NCBI GenBank assembly: GCA_003151615.1
Contig: PLXZ01000001.1
Location: 244,318-308,317 of the forward strand
Origin: Candidatus Tayloriibacteriota bacterium
Lineage (GTDB): Bacteria; Patescibacteriota; Minisyncoccia; Phycocordibacterales; PALSA-1337
Length of the DNA stretch: 64,000 bases
Reading direction: 5' to 3'
Within the stretch, counting starts at the first letter, position 1, and each line of letters opens with the position of its first letter. Below, piece after piece: positions 39,367-50,204 of the stretch. A program made the translations under genes and the position numbers. The notes beneath the pieces are model-generated. The model was given only the letters and a program-made list of their open reading frames with translations. It did no database searches and was not told the origin of the DNA.

Positions 39367-40863
39367 TTATTCCACCACAACCTCGTGTTCATGGGTCAGC
39401 TTGCTCCGGTCCACTTTAATGAAAAAGGCGAAGAATCCGCCGATTAAAATGACGGTGGCGGCGGTGACGAAGACCGTGCTGTAGGCGTCGATCTGGGCTT
39501 TCAATTCCATGAGGCCGACGGCCGTGGCGAATTCGTGGGCGTTGACGAGCCCGGATGAGAGGCTTGATGAAAAACTATTTTTTGCGATGGTCAAAAGATG
39601 GCTGTTGGTTGAATTATTCAAAATGGTTCCGAAAATGGCGATGCCGAAGGCGCCGGCGATGTTGCGGGCGAGAGCAAGTACCGATGAGGCCACCCCGATT
39701 TCAGAGCTTGGCACGGCGACGGCGATGAGGTTTGTGCGCTGTGCCATTCCGAAGCCCATGCCGAATGCCATAATGAAAAGCGGCCAGATAATGGCCTGCG
39801 GCCCGGAACGCGGGTCGAGGCCGATGAACAGATACAATCCCGCCGCCGCGACGAACGTGGATGCCGCGATGACGTATGAGGGTTTCACTTTGCCGATGAG
39901 TCGTCCGCCGATAGGAGAAGCGAGCATGAAGGCGAATGCGAGAGGTATGAACAAATATCCCGATTGCGTTGCCGTGAGCCCGAGAAATGTTTGCGCGAAA
40001 ATCGGAATGAGGAAAATGCTTCCCATCATGCCCATGAAGACGATGAAATTATTGATAGTCGTATTCATGAAGAGGGAATTGCTGAAGAATTTCAGGTCGA
40101 CGATTGGTTCGGGATGATGTTTTTCGATGTAGACGAAGAGGATTCCGAAACCAATCGTCGCGATATAGCAGAGAATGCTGTTCATTGAAGTCCAACCCCA
40201 TGAAAGTCCCTGGTCAAGAACGAGAACCAATGCGGAAAGAGATGAACCGAGAACAATTGCGCCCCACCAGTCGAAGGCATGACTGACTCGTTCCTGCACG
40301 GATTCCTTCACGAAGGTCAGCGCCATGCCGAGACCGATAAGACCGACAGGAAGGTTGACGAGGAAGACCGATCTCCAGCCGAACGTATCAATGAGCGGCC
40401 CGCCGATGAGCGGTCCGAAAACCGAGGCGACAGCGAATGATGCCGACCAGATGCCGAGTGCCTGCGCGCGTTCCTTGCCCGTAAAAGTTACCGCGAGAAT
40501 GGCCATGGCGGTAGGGTAGTCTGCCGATGAAGCCACCGCCTGAATGATGCGGAAGACGATCATTGAAGCCAGATTCCATGACAGTCCGGCCAAAACCGAA
40601 CCTATGATGAATATTCCGAAGCCCAAGATGTAGACTTTTTTGCGGCCTTTGGTGTCGCCGAGCTTGCCCCAGATTGGCACGAAAACGGCATTGGCTAAAA
40701 TGTATGCGGTGGCGATCCACCCCGCGGCCGAAACAGTGATGCTGAAGTCGTTGATGATTTTCGGCAACGCCAAATTCACGATCGTCTGGTCAAGGCGTCC
40801 GAGAAATGTCCCCATCATGACTGTCGCGAGGACCCACCATCTGAGGTTCGACTTTTCTTCCAT
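39367..40863 (-). CDS. DHA2 (EmrB/QacA) MFS efflux transporter
   Basis: LDQTIVNLALP and WRSVFLVNLPVG motifs; about 14 TMs. Confidence 0.92.
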   Translation of the reverse strand: MEEKSNLRWWVLATVMMGTFLGRLDQTIVNLALPKIINDFSITVSAAGWIATAYILANAVFVPIWGKLGDTKGRKKVYILGFGIFIIGSVLAGLSWNLASMIVFRIIQAVASSADYPTAMAILAVTFTGKERAQALGIWSASFAVASVFGPLIGGPLIDTFGWRSVFLVNLPVGLIGLGMALTFVKESVQERVSHAFDWWGAIVLGSSLSALVLVLDQGLSWGWTSMNSILCYIATIGFGILFVYIEKHHPEPIVDLKFFSNSLFMNTTINNFIVFMGMMGSIFLIPIFAQTFLGLTATQSGYLFIPLAFAFMLASPIGGRLIGKVKPSYVIAASTFVAAAGLYLFIGLDPRSGPQAIIWPLFIMAFGMGFGMAQRTNLIAVAVPSSEIGVASSVLALARNIAGAFGIAIFGTILNNSTNSHLLTIAKNSFSSSLSSGLVNAHEFATAVGLMELKAQIDAYSTVFVTAATVILIGGFFAFFIKVDRSKLTHEHEVVVE

Positions 40864-40917
40864 ATTTTTTTAAGGGGAGCGTACTCGCGGACACTTACGT
40901 CGAGTACTCTCGACGTA

Positions 40918-41583
40918 TTAATTTTTATAAATCCAAACTTTCGCCGACATGCCGTTGGTAAGTTCAGGATACGCCGTCACGTCGAAGCGGATTTTCACGT
41001 CGAATTCCTGCGTTTCGCGCGCGTCCGAAATGTTGAAGACAACATCGCCCTGGCGCGCGGTCGGGCTGATTTCATCCACGATGCCCTGATATTGTTTTCC
41101 GGCGAATGCGTCAACCGTGAAGACGACATGCTCGCCTACTTGGACCGACGAAAGACCCTTGTCCTCATCAAGATGCGCAACCGCGCGGAGAGTGGTCGGG
41201 TCAATCATGGTCACGATTGCATCGCTCGGGCTGACATTTTGTCCGATGCTGTTTTTGGTACTCGTAATGATGCCGGCAACCTGCGTCTGGATGAGCTGGT
41301 TGCCGACTTGTGCGACAGGGGTATCCGCGTTGACATGGTCTCCGACGTTGACGAATATTTTCTGAAGAACGCCGGGTGTCGTCGGACTCAGGGTAATGGT
41401 CGGCGCTTCAATGTCGGCCTGGTCAGTGTATACGCGGCTGTTGAGGGTTTTTAGGATGATTGCTCCGACGATTGCGAGCACGATCAGAATTACTACTCCA
41501 ATTATGCGCGCGGCTTTGCTTCGTGCCAGACGCGTGAGGATGGGTGTTTTCTTTGGTTGGCTATCTGTTTTTTGGTTTTCCAT
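40918..41583 (-). CDS. HlyD/EmrA-like adaptor
   Basis: TM, lipoyl-like halves and beta-barrel ending GMSAKVWI. Confidence 0.85.
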   Translation of the reverse strand: MENQKTDSQPKKTPILTRLARSKAARIIGVVILIVLAIVGAIILKTLNSRVYTDQADIEAPTITLSPTTPGVLQKIFVNVGDHVNADTPVAQVGNQLIQTQVAGIITSTKNSIGQNVSPSDAIVTMIDPTTLRAVAHLDEDKGLSSVQVGEHVVFTVDAFAGKQYQGIVDEISPTARQGDVVFNISDARETQEFDVKIRFDVTAYPELTNGMSAKVWIYKN

Positions 41584-41600
41584 GATGTTATTTAAAATTA

Positions 41601-43082
41601 TTATTGTCTCGCTGAGTTGCCGAATGACGCTATTGTATCGCTTGCGGACAGTCCGCTTTTCACTTCAACATATGTGCCTGTGTCCGAAGTCGAAGAAGCA
41701 TTTATTCCGGTAATGCCTGTCTGGACTTTGGTTTTAGTGAAGCTTCCATTTGCATTCTGCAGCTCGACATATGTGGCGGAGCTTTGGGTTACCAGGGCGC
41801 TGGAAGGTACGGCGACAACCTGAGACGCATACCCTGCATCGATGCTGACGTTCGCTGTCATGCCGGAAATAATTCGCGGGTCAGTCTGCGTGAAATGAAG
41901 AGTGATTTTATATGAATTAACTCCGTTCGTAACAGTTTCTGCCGGATCGATCTGCGTGACAATTGCAGGGAATACAGTACCGGAACCGTATGCGTCGAGT
42001 GTAATGTGCGCCGCATCGCCGACGGCAAGTTTCGCCACGTCAGTTTCGGAAACATAGACTTCAACTTTATATACCCCGGTGGATATAATTGTGAATGCGG
42101 GAGTGCCTGCCGCGAAAACTTCGCCGACTTTCGGTTCGGAGTCGGTGATAATGCCGTCGAATGGAGCTGTTATTACAGTGTGATTTATTTGGGCCTGGAT
42201 GGCATCCACTGCCGCCTGTTGCGCGGCTATTGTTGAAAGGGTGCCACCCGATTGTTCTACGGCGAGGGTTGCAGTTGCTTCCTGGTATCCAGCGAGAGCG
42301 TTGGTGTATTCTGATATTGCACCGTTTACTTCAGTTGCGGCGGTATTCACAGCCGTACGGTCGGCATTGATCTGTGCTTGGGTCAGGCCGCTACTTACGG
42401 TGTTCAAGTTAGTAGCTATGGCCGCAAGGTCGGTTAGGAATACTTTTGTTGCGGAAAGGGTAGTGCTGGCGCTCGTGGTGCTGGTTGTATTGTTCGTCCA
42501 TGCCGCCAAGAATCCCAATACATTTACGTACTCATTATTGATGGAAGCGGCTTGAGCCTGTGTTTGTGTATATACATTAATGGTAGGGTTGGCAGAACCC
42601 GGATTATTGAAGAGGGTGTCGATCTGATTTTGGACTGCATCGGTCGTTTTCAAATACGCATCGTGAATTGTAGAGTCGAGAGTTGTCTGTGCGTCGGTCG
42701 TTTTTTGCGAATACAATGCGATATCGGCAGGTTTCGCCCCTCCTTCGACTGATTGCAATCCCGCCTGCGCTGCTTCTAGATTTGCGTTCAATATGTCGGA
42801 GCGCAATGTACCCAGAATTTGACCCTGCTTTACATTGTTGCCTGCCTGGACGTTGACGGTCGCAATGGTGCCGCCGTTTCCGTCAAAGGCGAGAACGGCT
42901 TCCTGGTCAGGTTGAACCTGCCCGGTGCCTGTAACCGTTTCAACAATATTCATTTGATTGACCGGAACGGTGACATAGTGGGAGGTTGGGGTAGGAGTTG
43001 CCAAATATGCCGCGGCGGCGATTGCCCCGAGAGCCACGATTCCGCCGAGAGAATAGATGATTATTTTTTGTGCCTTTTTCAT
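41601..43082 (-). CDS. efflux periplasmic adaptor (MacA-like)
   Basis: APFDGII and GMTANVSI motifs; long helical hairpin. Confidence 0.85.
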   Translation of the reverse strand: MKKAQKIIIYSLGGIVALGAIAAAAYLATPTPTSHYVTVPVNQMNIVETVTGTGQVQPDQEAVLAFDGNGGTIATVNVQAGNNVKQGQILGTLRSDILNANLEAAQAGLQSVEGGAKPADIALYSQKTTDAQTTLDSTIHDAYLKTTDAVQNQIDTLFNNPGSANPTINVYTQTQAQAASINNEYVNVLGFLAAWTNNTTSTTSASTTLSATKVFLTDLAAIATNLNTVSSGLTQAQINADRTAVNTAATEVNGAISEYTNALAGYQEATATLAVEQSGGTLSTIAAQQAAVDAIQAQINHTVITAPFDGIITDSEPKVGEVFAAGTPAFTIISTGVYKVEVYVSETDVAKLAVGDAAHITLDAYGSGTVFPAIVTQIDPAETVTNGVNSYKITLHFTQTDPRIISGMTANVSIDAGYASQVVAVPSSALVTQSSATYVELQNANGSFTKTKVQTGITGINASSTSDTGTYVEVKSGLSASDTIASFGNSARQ

Positions 43083-43086
43083 TTTT

Positions 43087-43548
43087 TTAATTATTAAATT
43101 GAGCGTGTTTTCTGATTTTTCCTATGAAGTTCTCCAACAATTCCGCGGTGTGTCTGCGGTCGTCGTCGCGTATGTCCTTGAAAATTTTTTCAAAGGCCGC
43201 GGTAACCTCTCTCATCGCGGTGTCGAGAGCCTTCTTGCCCTTTGGCGTGATGGTCGGGCTCTGGCCCTTTTTGACCGCGAAACCGCCCTTGATCAGTATG
43301 CCTATTTGACGGCTGACTGATGCCTCCGTTACGTCCCAAAAATCCGCGATGACTTTCTGAGTCATCTCGGGTTTGTTGGCCAAAACGTACAGTATCCGGA
43401 ATTGCGAAACTCCGAAGCCCATTTTTTTACGCAGGACGCTGCTGGTCACGCGGTCGAGACATGCGCGCAGTTGCATAATAGGGCGTATGACGGAATGTAT
43501 CGGCGTTTTCAACGTCTTTACTCTTGTCGTTATTTTTGCTTGCGGCAT
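43087..43548 (-). CDS. MarR family regulator
   Basis: SQFRIL...TQKVIA...EASVSRQI...TPKGK. Confidence 0.88.
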   Translation of the reverse strand: MPQAKITTRVKTLKTPIHSVIRPIMQLRACLDRVTSSVLRKKMGFGVSQFRILYVLANKPEMTQKVIADFWDVTEASVSRQIGILIKGGFAVKKGQSPTITPKGKKALDTAMREVTAAFEKIFKDIRDDDRRHTAELLENFIGKIRKHAQFNN

Positions 43549-43636
43549 GTGGATATCTTAACATGTTAAGATATCCACAGTCAAACCGTTTTCGTTAATG
43601 TCTTTTGTGGATAACTGTGCGATAATGACAATATAT

Positions 43637-45193
43637 ATGACAACATTTTTCAAACATGCAAAGAAGTTTTTTCGCCGGAAGACCGTCATCGCGATAGTCA
43701 TAGTTCTGGTTATTATCGGATTCTTCGTCGCAAGGGCTGCAGGCAAGAGCGGAATTTCCGGAATACAGTCAACGGCTGTGGCATATGGAAATGTCGTCGA
43801 GCAGGTTTCGGTCACGGGAACAGTGTCGCCGGTTTCGCGCGCGGATCTTGCCTTTGAAAAAGGCGGAGTGGTTTCAGCGATCAACGTTGCCGTCGGCGAT
43901 CAGGTGAAGGCCGGACAGGCAATCGCGTCACTCGACAATGCGACGGATAGGGCATCGCTCGCTTCTGCCCAGGCGAAATTGGACGATTTGACCCGCAGTC
44001 TGACGCCGCAGGAATCGGCGGCAGATCAGTCGTCGGTAAATACGGCGCAGACTTCCATCAATAATGCCGAACAGGATGCAGTCAATGCCGCACAGCAGGG
44101 CTATGCGGAGACACTGTCGGCGATTACCAATTACGCGGACGTTTTCTTCAACAATCCGCAAACCTCGAACCCTACCGTCAACGTATATACGCAGACGCAG
44201 GCCACGGGCATTTCAATAAACAATGAACGCTTGGCCGTTTCAACAGCCCTGGCTCAGTGGAAATCGGATGCGTATGCGGCAAGTAACGCTTCCGGCGCGA
44301 CTTCGACTGCTGCGGCTTCAGCCCTGCTGAGTCGGACAAACAAATATCTGACGACAGTGAAGCAATTCGTGTCCGATCTTTCCACAATCATAAATACCCT
44401 GACGCCGGGAAATTCAGGTCTTTCTCAGGCGACGATAAATACGTATGTTTCATCCATGAATTCGTCCGCGACCGGAGTCAATCAGGCTGTGACGACGGTT
44501 TCCGGAGTTCAGACCGAGCTGACCAATGCATCCGCTTCATATTCGGCCGCACAGAACCAATTTGCTCTGGATGTAGCAGGTTCGTCCGCGCAGGCGATTG
44601 CGGCGCAGTCGGCTCAGGTCGCTTTGGCCCAGGCACAGCTTAATCAGGACACGATTATTTCTCCGATTGATGGCGTCGTAACGCAGAAAATTCCGAATGT
44701 CGGCGAATTTGTGCCGGCAGGACAGACGGAATTCAGCGTTCAGGGAACCGGTTTTAAAATTGAAGCATACGTGCCTGAGGCTGATATTGCAAAAGTGGCG
44801 ATTGGCGACATGGCTTCGGATACTCTCGACGCGTACGGTTCATATGTTGATTTTCCTTCGCAGGTAACCGCGATTGATCCCGCGCAGACTGTTTTGGAAG
44901 GCGTTCCGACGTACAAAGTTACTCTTAAATTCGTTAATCCCGATTCGCGAATTCTTTCCGGCATGACGGCCAACCTTGAAATCTTGACCCACGAAGCCGG
45001 CAATGTTTTGGAAATTCCGTATCGTGCAGTTCTTGTGACAGCAACGTCAACAACTGTGCGTTTGCTTAGCGCAGACGGAAAAACATTCACGACGGTTCCG
45101 GTTGTTGTCGGTTTGAAAGGTTCCGACGGCACGATTCAGGTTATTTCCGGTTTGAATGAAGGGGATAAGGTCGTGACATACATACCGAGCTAA
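43637..45193 (+). CDS. efflux periplasmic adaptor (MacA-like)
   Basis: SPIDGVV and GMTANLEI motifs. Confidence 0.85.
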   Translation: MTTFFKHAKKFFRRKTVIAIVIVLVIIGFFVARAAGKSGISGIQSTAVAYGNVVEQVSVTGTVSPVSRADLAFEKGGVVSAINVAVGDQVKAGQAIASLDNATDRASLASAQAKLDDLTRSLTPQESAADQSSVNTAQTSINNAEQDAVNAAQQGYAETLSAITNYADVFFNNPQTSNPTVNVYTQTQATGISINNERLAVSTALAQWKSDAYAASNASGATSTAAASALLSRTNKYLTTVKQFVSDLSTIINTLTPGNSGLSQATINTYVSSMNSSATGVNQAVTTVSGVQTELTNASASYSAAQNQFALDVAGSSAQAIAAQSAQVALAQAQLNQDTIISPIDGVVTQKIPNVGEFVPAGQTEFSVQGTGFKIEAYVPEADIAKVAIGDMASDTLDAYGSYVDFPSQVTAIDPAQTVLEGVPTYKVTLKFVNPDSRILSGMTANLEILTHEAGNVLEIPYRAVLVTATSTTVRLLSADGKTFTTVPVVVGLKGSDGTIQVISGLNEGDKVVTYIPS

Positions 45194-45210
45194 TAAATAT
45201 ATGAAGGCCC

Positions 45211-45951
45211 ATGAAACCAGAAACAATCGAAAACATCATTTCCGTGAAAAATCTGAAGAAGTCATATCATGACGGGGTTGAAGCGACGACGGCTCTCGCG
45301 GGGGTAACGTTCGATGTGCGAAAAGGTGAATTCGTGGCGATTATGGGACCGTCGGGTTCGGGAAAATCGACGCTTCTGCATTTGCTCGGTTTGCTCGATT
45401 CCCCGACATCTGGGACGTATCATTTCAACGGCAAAAATACGACGACGTTTTCGGGCGATCAGCTGGCGGATTTGCGCAACCGCGAGCTCGGCTTCGTTTT
45501 TCAGGCTTTTAATTTGCTCGCAAGAACAAGTGTTTTGGAAAACGTGAAATTGCCGCTCATCTATTCGGAGAATATTCCGGAAAGCGAATGGAATGCCCGC
45601 GCGACGAAGGCGATCGAGGCGGTCGGTCTCGGCCATCGCATCAATCATGACCAGAGCGAATTGTCCGGTGGCGAGCGCCAGCGCGTGGCCATTGCCCGCG
45701 CACTCGTAACCGATCCTGAAATCATTTTCGCCGACGAACCGACGGGAAACCTCGATTCAAAGTCCGGCAAAAATGTCATGTCGATTTTGCAGGGTCTCAA
45801 TGAAAAAGAAGGGAAGACCATTATTCTGATCACCCACGAAACGGCTACGGCCGAACATGCCGAGCGCATTATTCGACTGCTCGACGGTGAGATTGAGACA
45901 GACACGAAGGTTCGCAACCGTCTCGGCGCGGATGCTGAGTATGTGAAATAG
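45211..45951 (+). CDS. ABC ATP-binding protein (MacB/LolD-like)
   Basis: [17 protein letters not shown] and ADEPTGNLD motifs. Confidence 0.95.
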   Translation: MKPETIENIISVKNLKKSYHDGVEATTALAGVTFDVRKGEFVAIMGPSGSGKSTLLHLLGLLDSPTSGTYHFNGKNTTTFSGDQLADLRNRELGFVFQAFNLLARTSVLENVKLPLIYSENIPESEWNARATKAIEAVGLGHRINHDQSELSGGERQRVAIARALVTDPEIIFADEPTGNLDSKSGKNVMSILQGLNEKEGKTIILITHETATAEHAERIIRLLDGEIETDTKVRNRLGADAEYVK

Positions 45952-45975
45952 CATGTCAATTTTTTTATATTTTAT

Positions 45976-47214
45976 ATGACCTACCGCCATCTTTTCAAAA
46001 CTTCTCTCACAGGACTCTCGACAAACAGGTCGAGGTCGTTTCTGACGATTCTCGGAATTGTCATTGGTATCACTGCAATTATGCTGGTGGTGTCGCTTGG
46101 TGCCGGAGCGCAGGGTTTGATTCTCGGCGAAGTGCAGGGACTTGGCACGAATACGATCGCCATAATTCCCGGACAGATTTCGACCAGTCCTTCCAATGTT
46201 TCGGCGCTGTACAGCGATTCGTTGAAGCCGGCTGATGTTACGGCCCTTTTGAATAAAGCCAATGTGCCGAATCTGGTATCGCTCATGCCGGTTGTTTTGG
46301 GCGCATCGACCGCTTCATATAATTCAAATACGTATCAAGTGACGATTTTCGGCGCGACGGATTTGATCGCGAATATTTTCAATCTGGTTCCATCGGAAGG
46401 ACAGTTTTTTGACCAGACTGATGTTGCCGGGGCCGCGAGCGTGGCAGTCATCGGCGCGGACACTGCTACGTATCTTTTTGACAATCAGGATCCGCTCAAT
46501 CAAAGTATAAATATAAAGGGGCGAAATTTCCGTGTTGTGGCGGTTCTGCCGAAATCCGGTGGCGGTTCGATTTTCGATTTTGATTCGATGGTCATCATGC
46601 CGTACACCACGGCGCAGACGTATGTGACGGGACAGAAATATTACAACCGAATCATTACCCAGGCGACCAACGATGCGGCTGTGCCGGAAACCGCGCAGGA
46701 CATCCGTTTGACGCTCGAAGAATCGCACAATATTACCGATCCGACGAAGGATGACTTTACCGTGCAGACACAACAGTCGCTCGCGGATACTCTCGGTACT
46801 ATTACTAGCGCATTAACTTGGTTTTTGGTTTCAGTCGCATCGATCGCACTGTTTGTCGGGGGAGTTGGAATTATGAATATCATGCTCGTTTCTGTCACGG
46901 AACGAACGCGCGAAATCGGCTTGCGAAAAGCATTGGGTGCGAAAGACCGCGATATTTTGTCGCAGTTTTTGCTTGAAGCGGTGCTGCTGACTATTATTGG
47001 TGGAATTGTCGGTATTCTGCTCGGCTCGTCGCTTGCATTTTTAGTCGCATTCATTTTGTCGCATGCTCTCGGTTTGAATTGGCAATTTGTTTTTCCATGG
47101 ACGGGCGCGGCGCTCGGTTTGACGGTTTCCGCGGTCATTGGTCTTGTGTTCGGAGGATATCCGGCGAATCAAGCAAGCAAGAAGAGTCCGATCGAGGCAC
47201 TGAGGTATGAGTAA
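45976..47214 (+). CDS. ABC permease (MacB/FtsX-like)
   Basis: GIMNIMLVSVTERTREIG and PIEALRYE motifs. Confidence 0.95.
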   Translation: MTYRHLFKTSLTGLSTNRSRSFLTILGIVIGITAIMLVVSLGAGAQGLILGEVQGLGTNTIAIIPGQISTSPSNVSALYSDSLKPADVTALLNKANVPNLVSLMPVVLGASTASYNSNTYQVTIFGATDLIANIFNLVPSEGQFFDQTDVAGAASVAVIGADTATYLFDNQDPLNQSINIKGRNFRVVAVLPKSGGGSIFDFDSMVIMPYTTAQTYVTGQKYYNRIITQATNDAAVPETAQDIRLTLEESHNITDPTKDDFTVQTQQSLADTLGTITSALTWFLVSVASIALFVGGVGIMNIMLVSVTERTREIGLRKALGAKDRDILSQFLLEAVLLTIIGGIVGILLGSSLAFLVAFILSHALGLNWQFVFPWTGAALGLTVSAVIGLVFGGYPANQASKKSPIEALRYE

Positions 47215-47246
47215 TCATTTGAAAAAGTGCATAGAAGATATATAAT

Positions 47247-49161
47247 TTGGCTATGACTCTGGAAGCTTTTAAAGTCGAGGCCGAGACTAAGGAAAATACG
47301 ACAAGTCCGGAAATCGCCGACAAAAGCGAAGGTTTTAAGGATCTCTTGAATAGGGCACGCCGCTGCTATTTTTCGTTTAGCAGATACGATGAAGAAAGTC
47401 GGAATGAGCTTGAAATAAAAAGACTTTTAAGGGAAGGCGGGTCGGAACTTGTTGATTACGTCATTGGGGAAGTCAACGCTGCCATTAAAGATGCAAAGGA
47501 AAACGGGGGAAGAAATCCGAGTAATACCATTTTCCATTTAACCAACGATGTTATGGAGTACGCAGCCACGTTCGCTGATGCCGAAAAAATAGGCAAACTT
47601 GTTCTTGACGATGCAATATGTCTTGACGCTGATGGTTCGACCAAAAGTAATCTACTTCAAATTTTGGATCGCGTCGGCGGAAAGGAAAACATTGAGCAAC
47701 TAAGACTTGCCGCTTTGAAAATTCTTCAAGCCGGAAGAAATCTTGAGTCTAATGCACCGACAGACCAAATGCGCGCGACTGATATGGCGTATACGTTGCT
47801 AAACATCAAACATCGGCTTGTTGATGAAAAAGAAACGGAAGCTGTTGATCGAACATTGGGAGACATAAGCAATGCCCTTATGGACGAAGGTTATAAGCCG
47901 TTGACTGCCGACTGGATTCAGGAAAGGAGTCAAAGAATACAAAATTCAAATTTGGAGGAAAGGTTTGAAGCTGAATTTGTAGAGCACGAGGTGCCGCCTC
48001 CGAGGAGCACAGGGTCGGGCCACTCGATGAATTCTTTCGATGACGGTTGGGATAATTGGGATTCCGATCCTGCAGATCGAAATTACGGAATGGGATCTAC
48101 GCGTGTCGAAGAAGAACACATCTCACCCGAAGTCCGAGAGCAGATTGAAAAGAACATTGAAAAAGTCGATGAGCTGACACTAAAAGAAGAAGTGGCGCCG
48201 ACCGCTCTACCTGCCATTCGATTGCATATGTTTAATTTCCTGCAGAAGAAACCTGAGTCGAGCGAGACTGAGCTTGAAGAAGAATTTGATCGGATGAAAA
48301 AGCTTTCCGACCTTGAAAAAAAATGTGCGGAAAAGAGGAATCCTTTGCCGACGATTGGTATCGAGATTGAGATACCGGGATATATATTGACGGGGCAAAA
48401 GCTTAGCATACTAAGATCTTTCAGTATTCCAAACCATGAAGAAGCCCTCGACAATCTCTGGGAAGTCAATCCGGATTATTCCTACAGCGCCACAACGCAG
48501 TCGCGTATCATTCAGGAGTTGGGGCATCTCGGCGCTATTCCTATTGATAAAGGGACGAAAAAAGTAGATTCCAATGAGCAGCTTTCGATGCATGTCAATT
48601 TCGGTATGCCGGAGGGAATTACGGAAAAAATGTTGGAGAAAACAAAATATAAGGAAAGAATTAAAGTCTTAAATGACCTCATCATTTACGCGTTTACTTC
48701 GCCGGAGCGTCTTTTAGCTAGAAAGACTACCAGATCACTTGAAATAAAAAATGATGCTCTTGCGAGCGAAAAAGGCCCTAAAACGCAACGCAATTCCCGA
48801 TTGAGTGGCAATGCGCGACTCGAATTGCGGGCAGGGGAATTCAGGGATCAGTCGTCGTTTCGAATGCTCACCGAATCCCAGAGACTTATGGCTATGCTTA
48901 TTTCCTATATCAAGTACGCAGAGAAATTTGAGATGACATTTGCCGAGGCTTGTCTGGCTTGACCTGTGGATGACATTTGAAGACGAAGTTGCCGGATATC
49001 TTGCGGTAGAAACTCCAAAATCGAATCTTGTGGATAGTAACGCTCGTATGGCTGCTGAAAAACTTCGAAAAACCGATCTCAAAGCGTGGTCAAGATTTCT
49101 CGTCTCTGACTATTCGAAAAAAATTGGAAATATCTTAAGAGAAGCTGTTCCGGTATCTTAG
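47247..49161 (+). pseudogene. large hypothetical protein with an apparent frameshift near 48960
   Basis: The 571-aa ORF ends ...EACLA*. Removing one T gives ...EACLADLWMTFEDEV, joining ORF 48940-49161. Confidence 0.6.
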
Positions 49162-49179
49162 AAATTGATGAATTATTCA

Positions 49180-49236
49180 TACCCTGCAAATCAAGCAAGC
49201 AAAAAGAGTCCGATTGAGGCGCTGAGGTATGAGTAG
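49180..49236 (+). repeat. duplicate of the permease 3' end (47158-47214)
   Basis: 50/57 nt identical; both encode YPANQASKKSPIEALRYE*. Confidence 0.9.
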
Positions 49237-49239
49237 AGG

Positions 49240-50142
49240 CTATTTATCGGACGTCCCCAGTGCGACAATGCCGTGGGAGGGGGCTTCGAGGGCGTAAATC
49301 TTGTAGACATCCATAGCGGTAAGCGAAGCCGAGTACAGCGCGGCGTCATCAATAGCGCCGGCTGTTTTGTACCAATTGCCGCCTATGCCGAATGTGCCGA
49401 CGCCTGCATAGTTTGGTGTTTGTGTCGCTGATCCTATGAAGGTACCATTGACATAAAGAGATATCGTCGAATTACCAGTTCCGTTCGGATATTTCACGGA
49501 GGCGACGATGTTATACCAACTGCCTGATTTACACCTGAAACTTGGCGTTGTTGCTGCTGCCCCTCCATCCGCGGTGCTGAGATTGGCTGATATACTGCAA
49601 ATACCACTTGAATTACCAGCGATTGACGAAAATAAAAGATTGCCGTTGCTACCAAGCCCGACAATGGGCGCGCCCGTTCCACCGAGGCTCGCTGCCGGCT
49701 TGTACCAGACTGACATAGCCCAATTTCCGCCTGATATGGCGTTGTTTATTATCGTCTGGTTTTTAGTGTCTGAACTGCCGCCTAAGTCGAACCCGCCGGA
49801 AGCTTCGGCATAGACAACCGTCAACTGTTTTCCAGTTTTATGAAGATCAGTGTCAGCAGTGATAGAAAAAAAAGTGTAGTTAGGGATAGTAAATGATCCG
49901 CTCACCGTACCGTAGCTCTGAACATTTGTCGGTAAAGTATTTCCCGCATCGTCAAAATCGACATAAACGACACGGGCATCGTACAGGGCACTCTGTGTCT
50001 GACCGGCAAATTCTTCACCCGCAGCGAAACTGGCGCCGCTTCGAGCACTGCTCAGCGACGCCAAAATAATCGACGACAATACAGCGACGATTGAGATGAC
50101 GACCATGAGCTCGATGAGGGTGAAACCTTTTCTGTGCGTCAT
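49240..50142 (-). CDS. type IV pilin-like protein with a LamG-like domain
   Basis: KGFTLIELMVVISI; W.NIV...LYVNG...G.IDD..LY. Confidence 0.88.
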   Translation of the reverse strand: MTHRKGFTLIELMVVISIVAVLSSIILASLSSARSGASFAAGEEFAGQTQSALYDARVVYVDFDDAGNTLPTNVQSYGTVSGSFTIPNYTFFSITADTDLHKTGKQLTVVYAEASGGFDLGGSSDTKNQTIINNAISGGNWAMSVWYKPAASLGGTGAPIVGLGSNGNLLFSSIAGNSSGICSISANLSTADGGAAATTPSFRCKSGSWYNIVASVKYPNGTGNSTISLYVNGTFIGSATQTPNYAGVGTFGIGGNWYKTAGAIDDAALYSASLTAMDVYKIYALEAPSHGIVALGTSDK

Positions 50143-50204
50143 AAACTTAATTACAGTCTACCACGGCTCAAATCTCATTCAAGGGGTGTATAGTAACTCG
50201 AAAA

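Noticed and set aside
48960-48962. TGA read-through (genetic code 25)
   Set aside because: Read-through hits another TGA five codons later, other genes end in TGA, and a 1-nt frameshift explains the break better.
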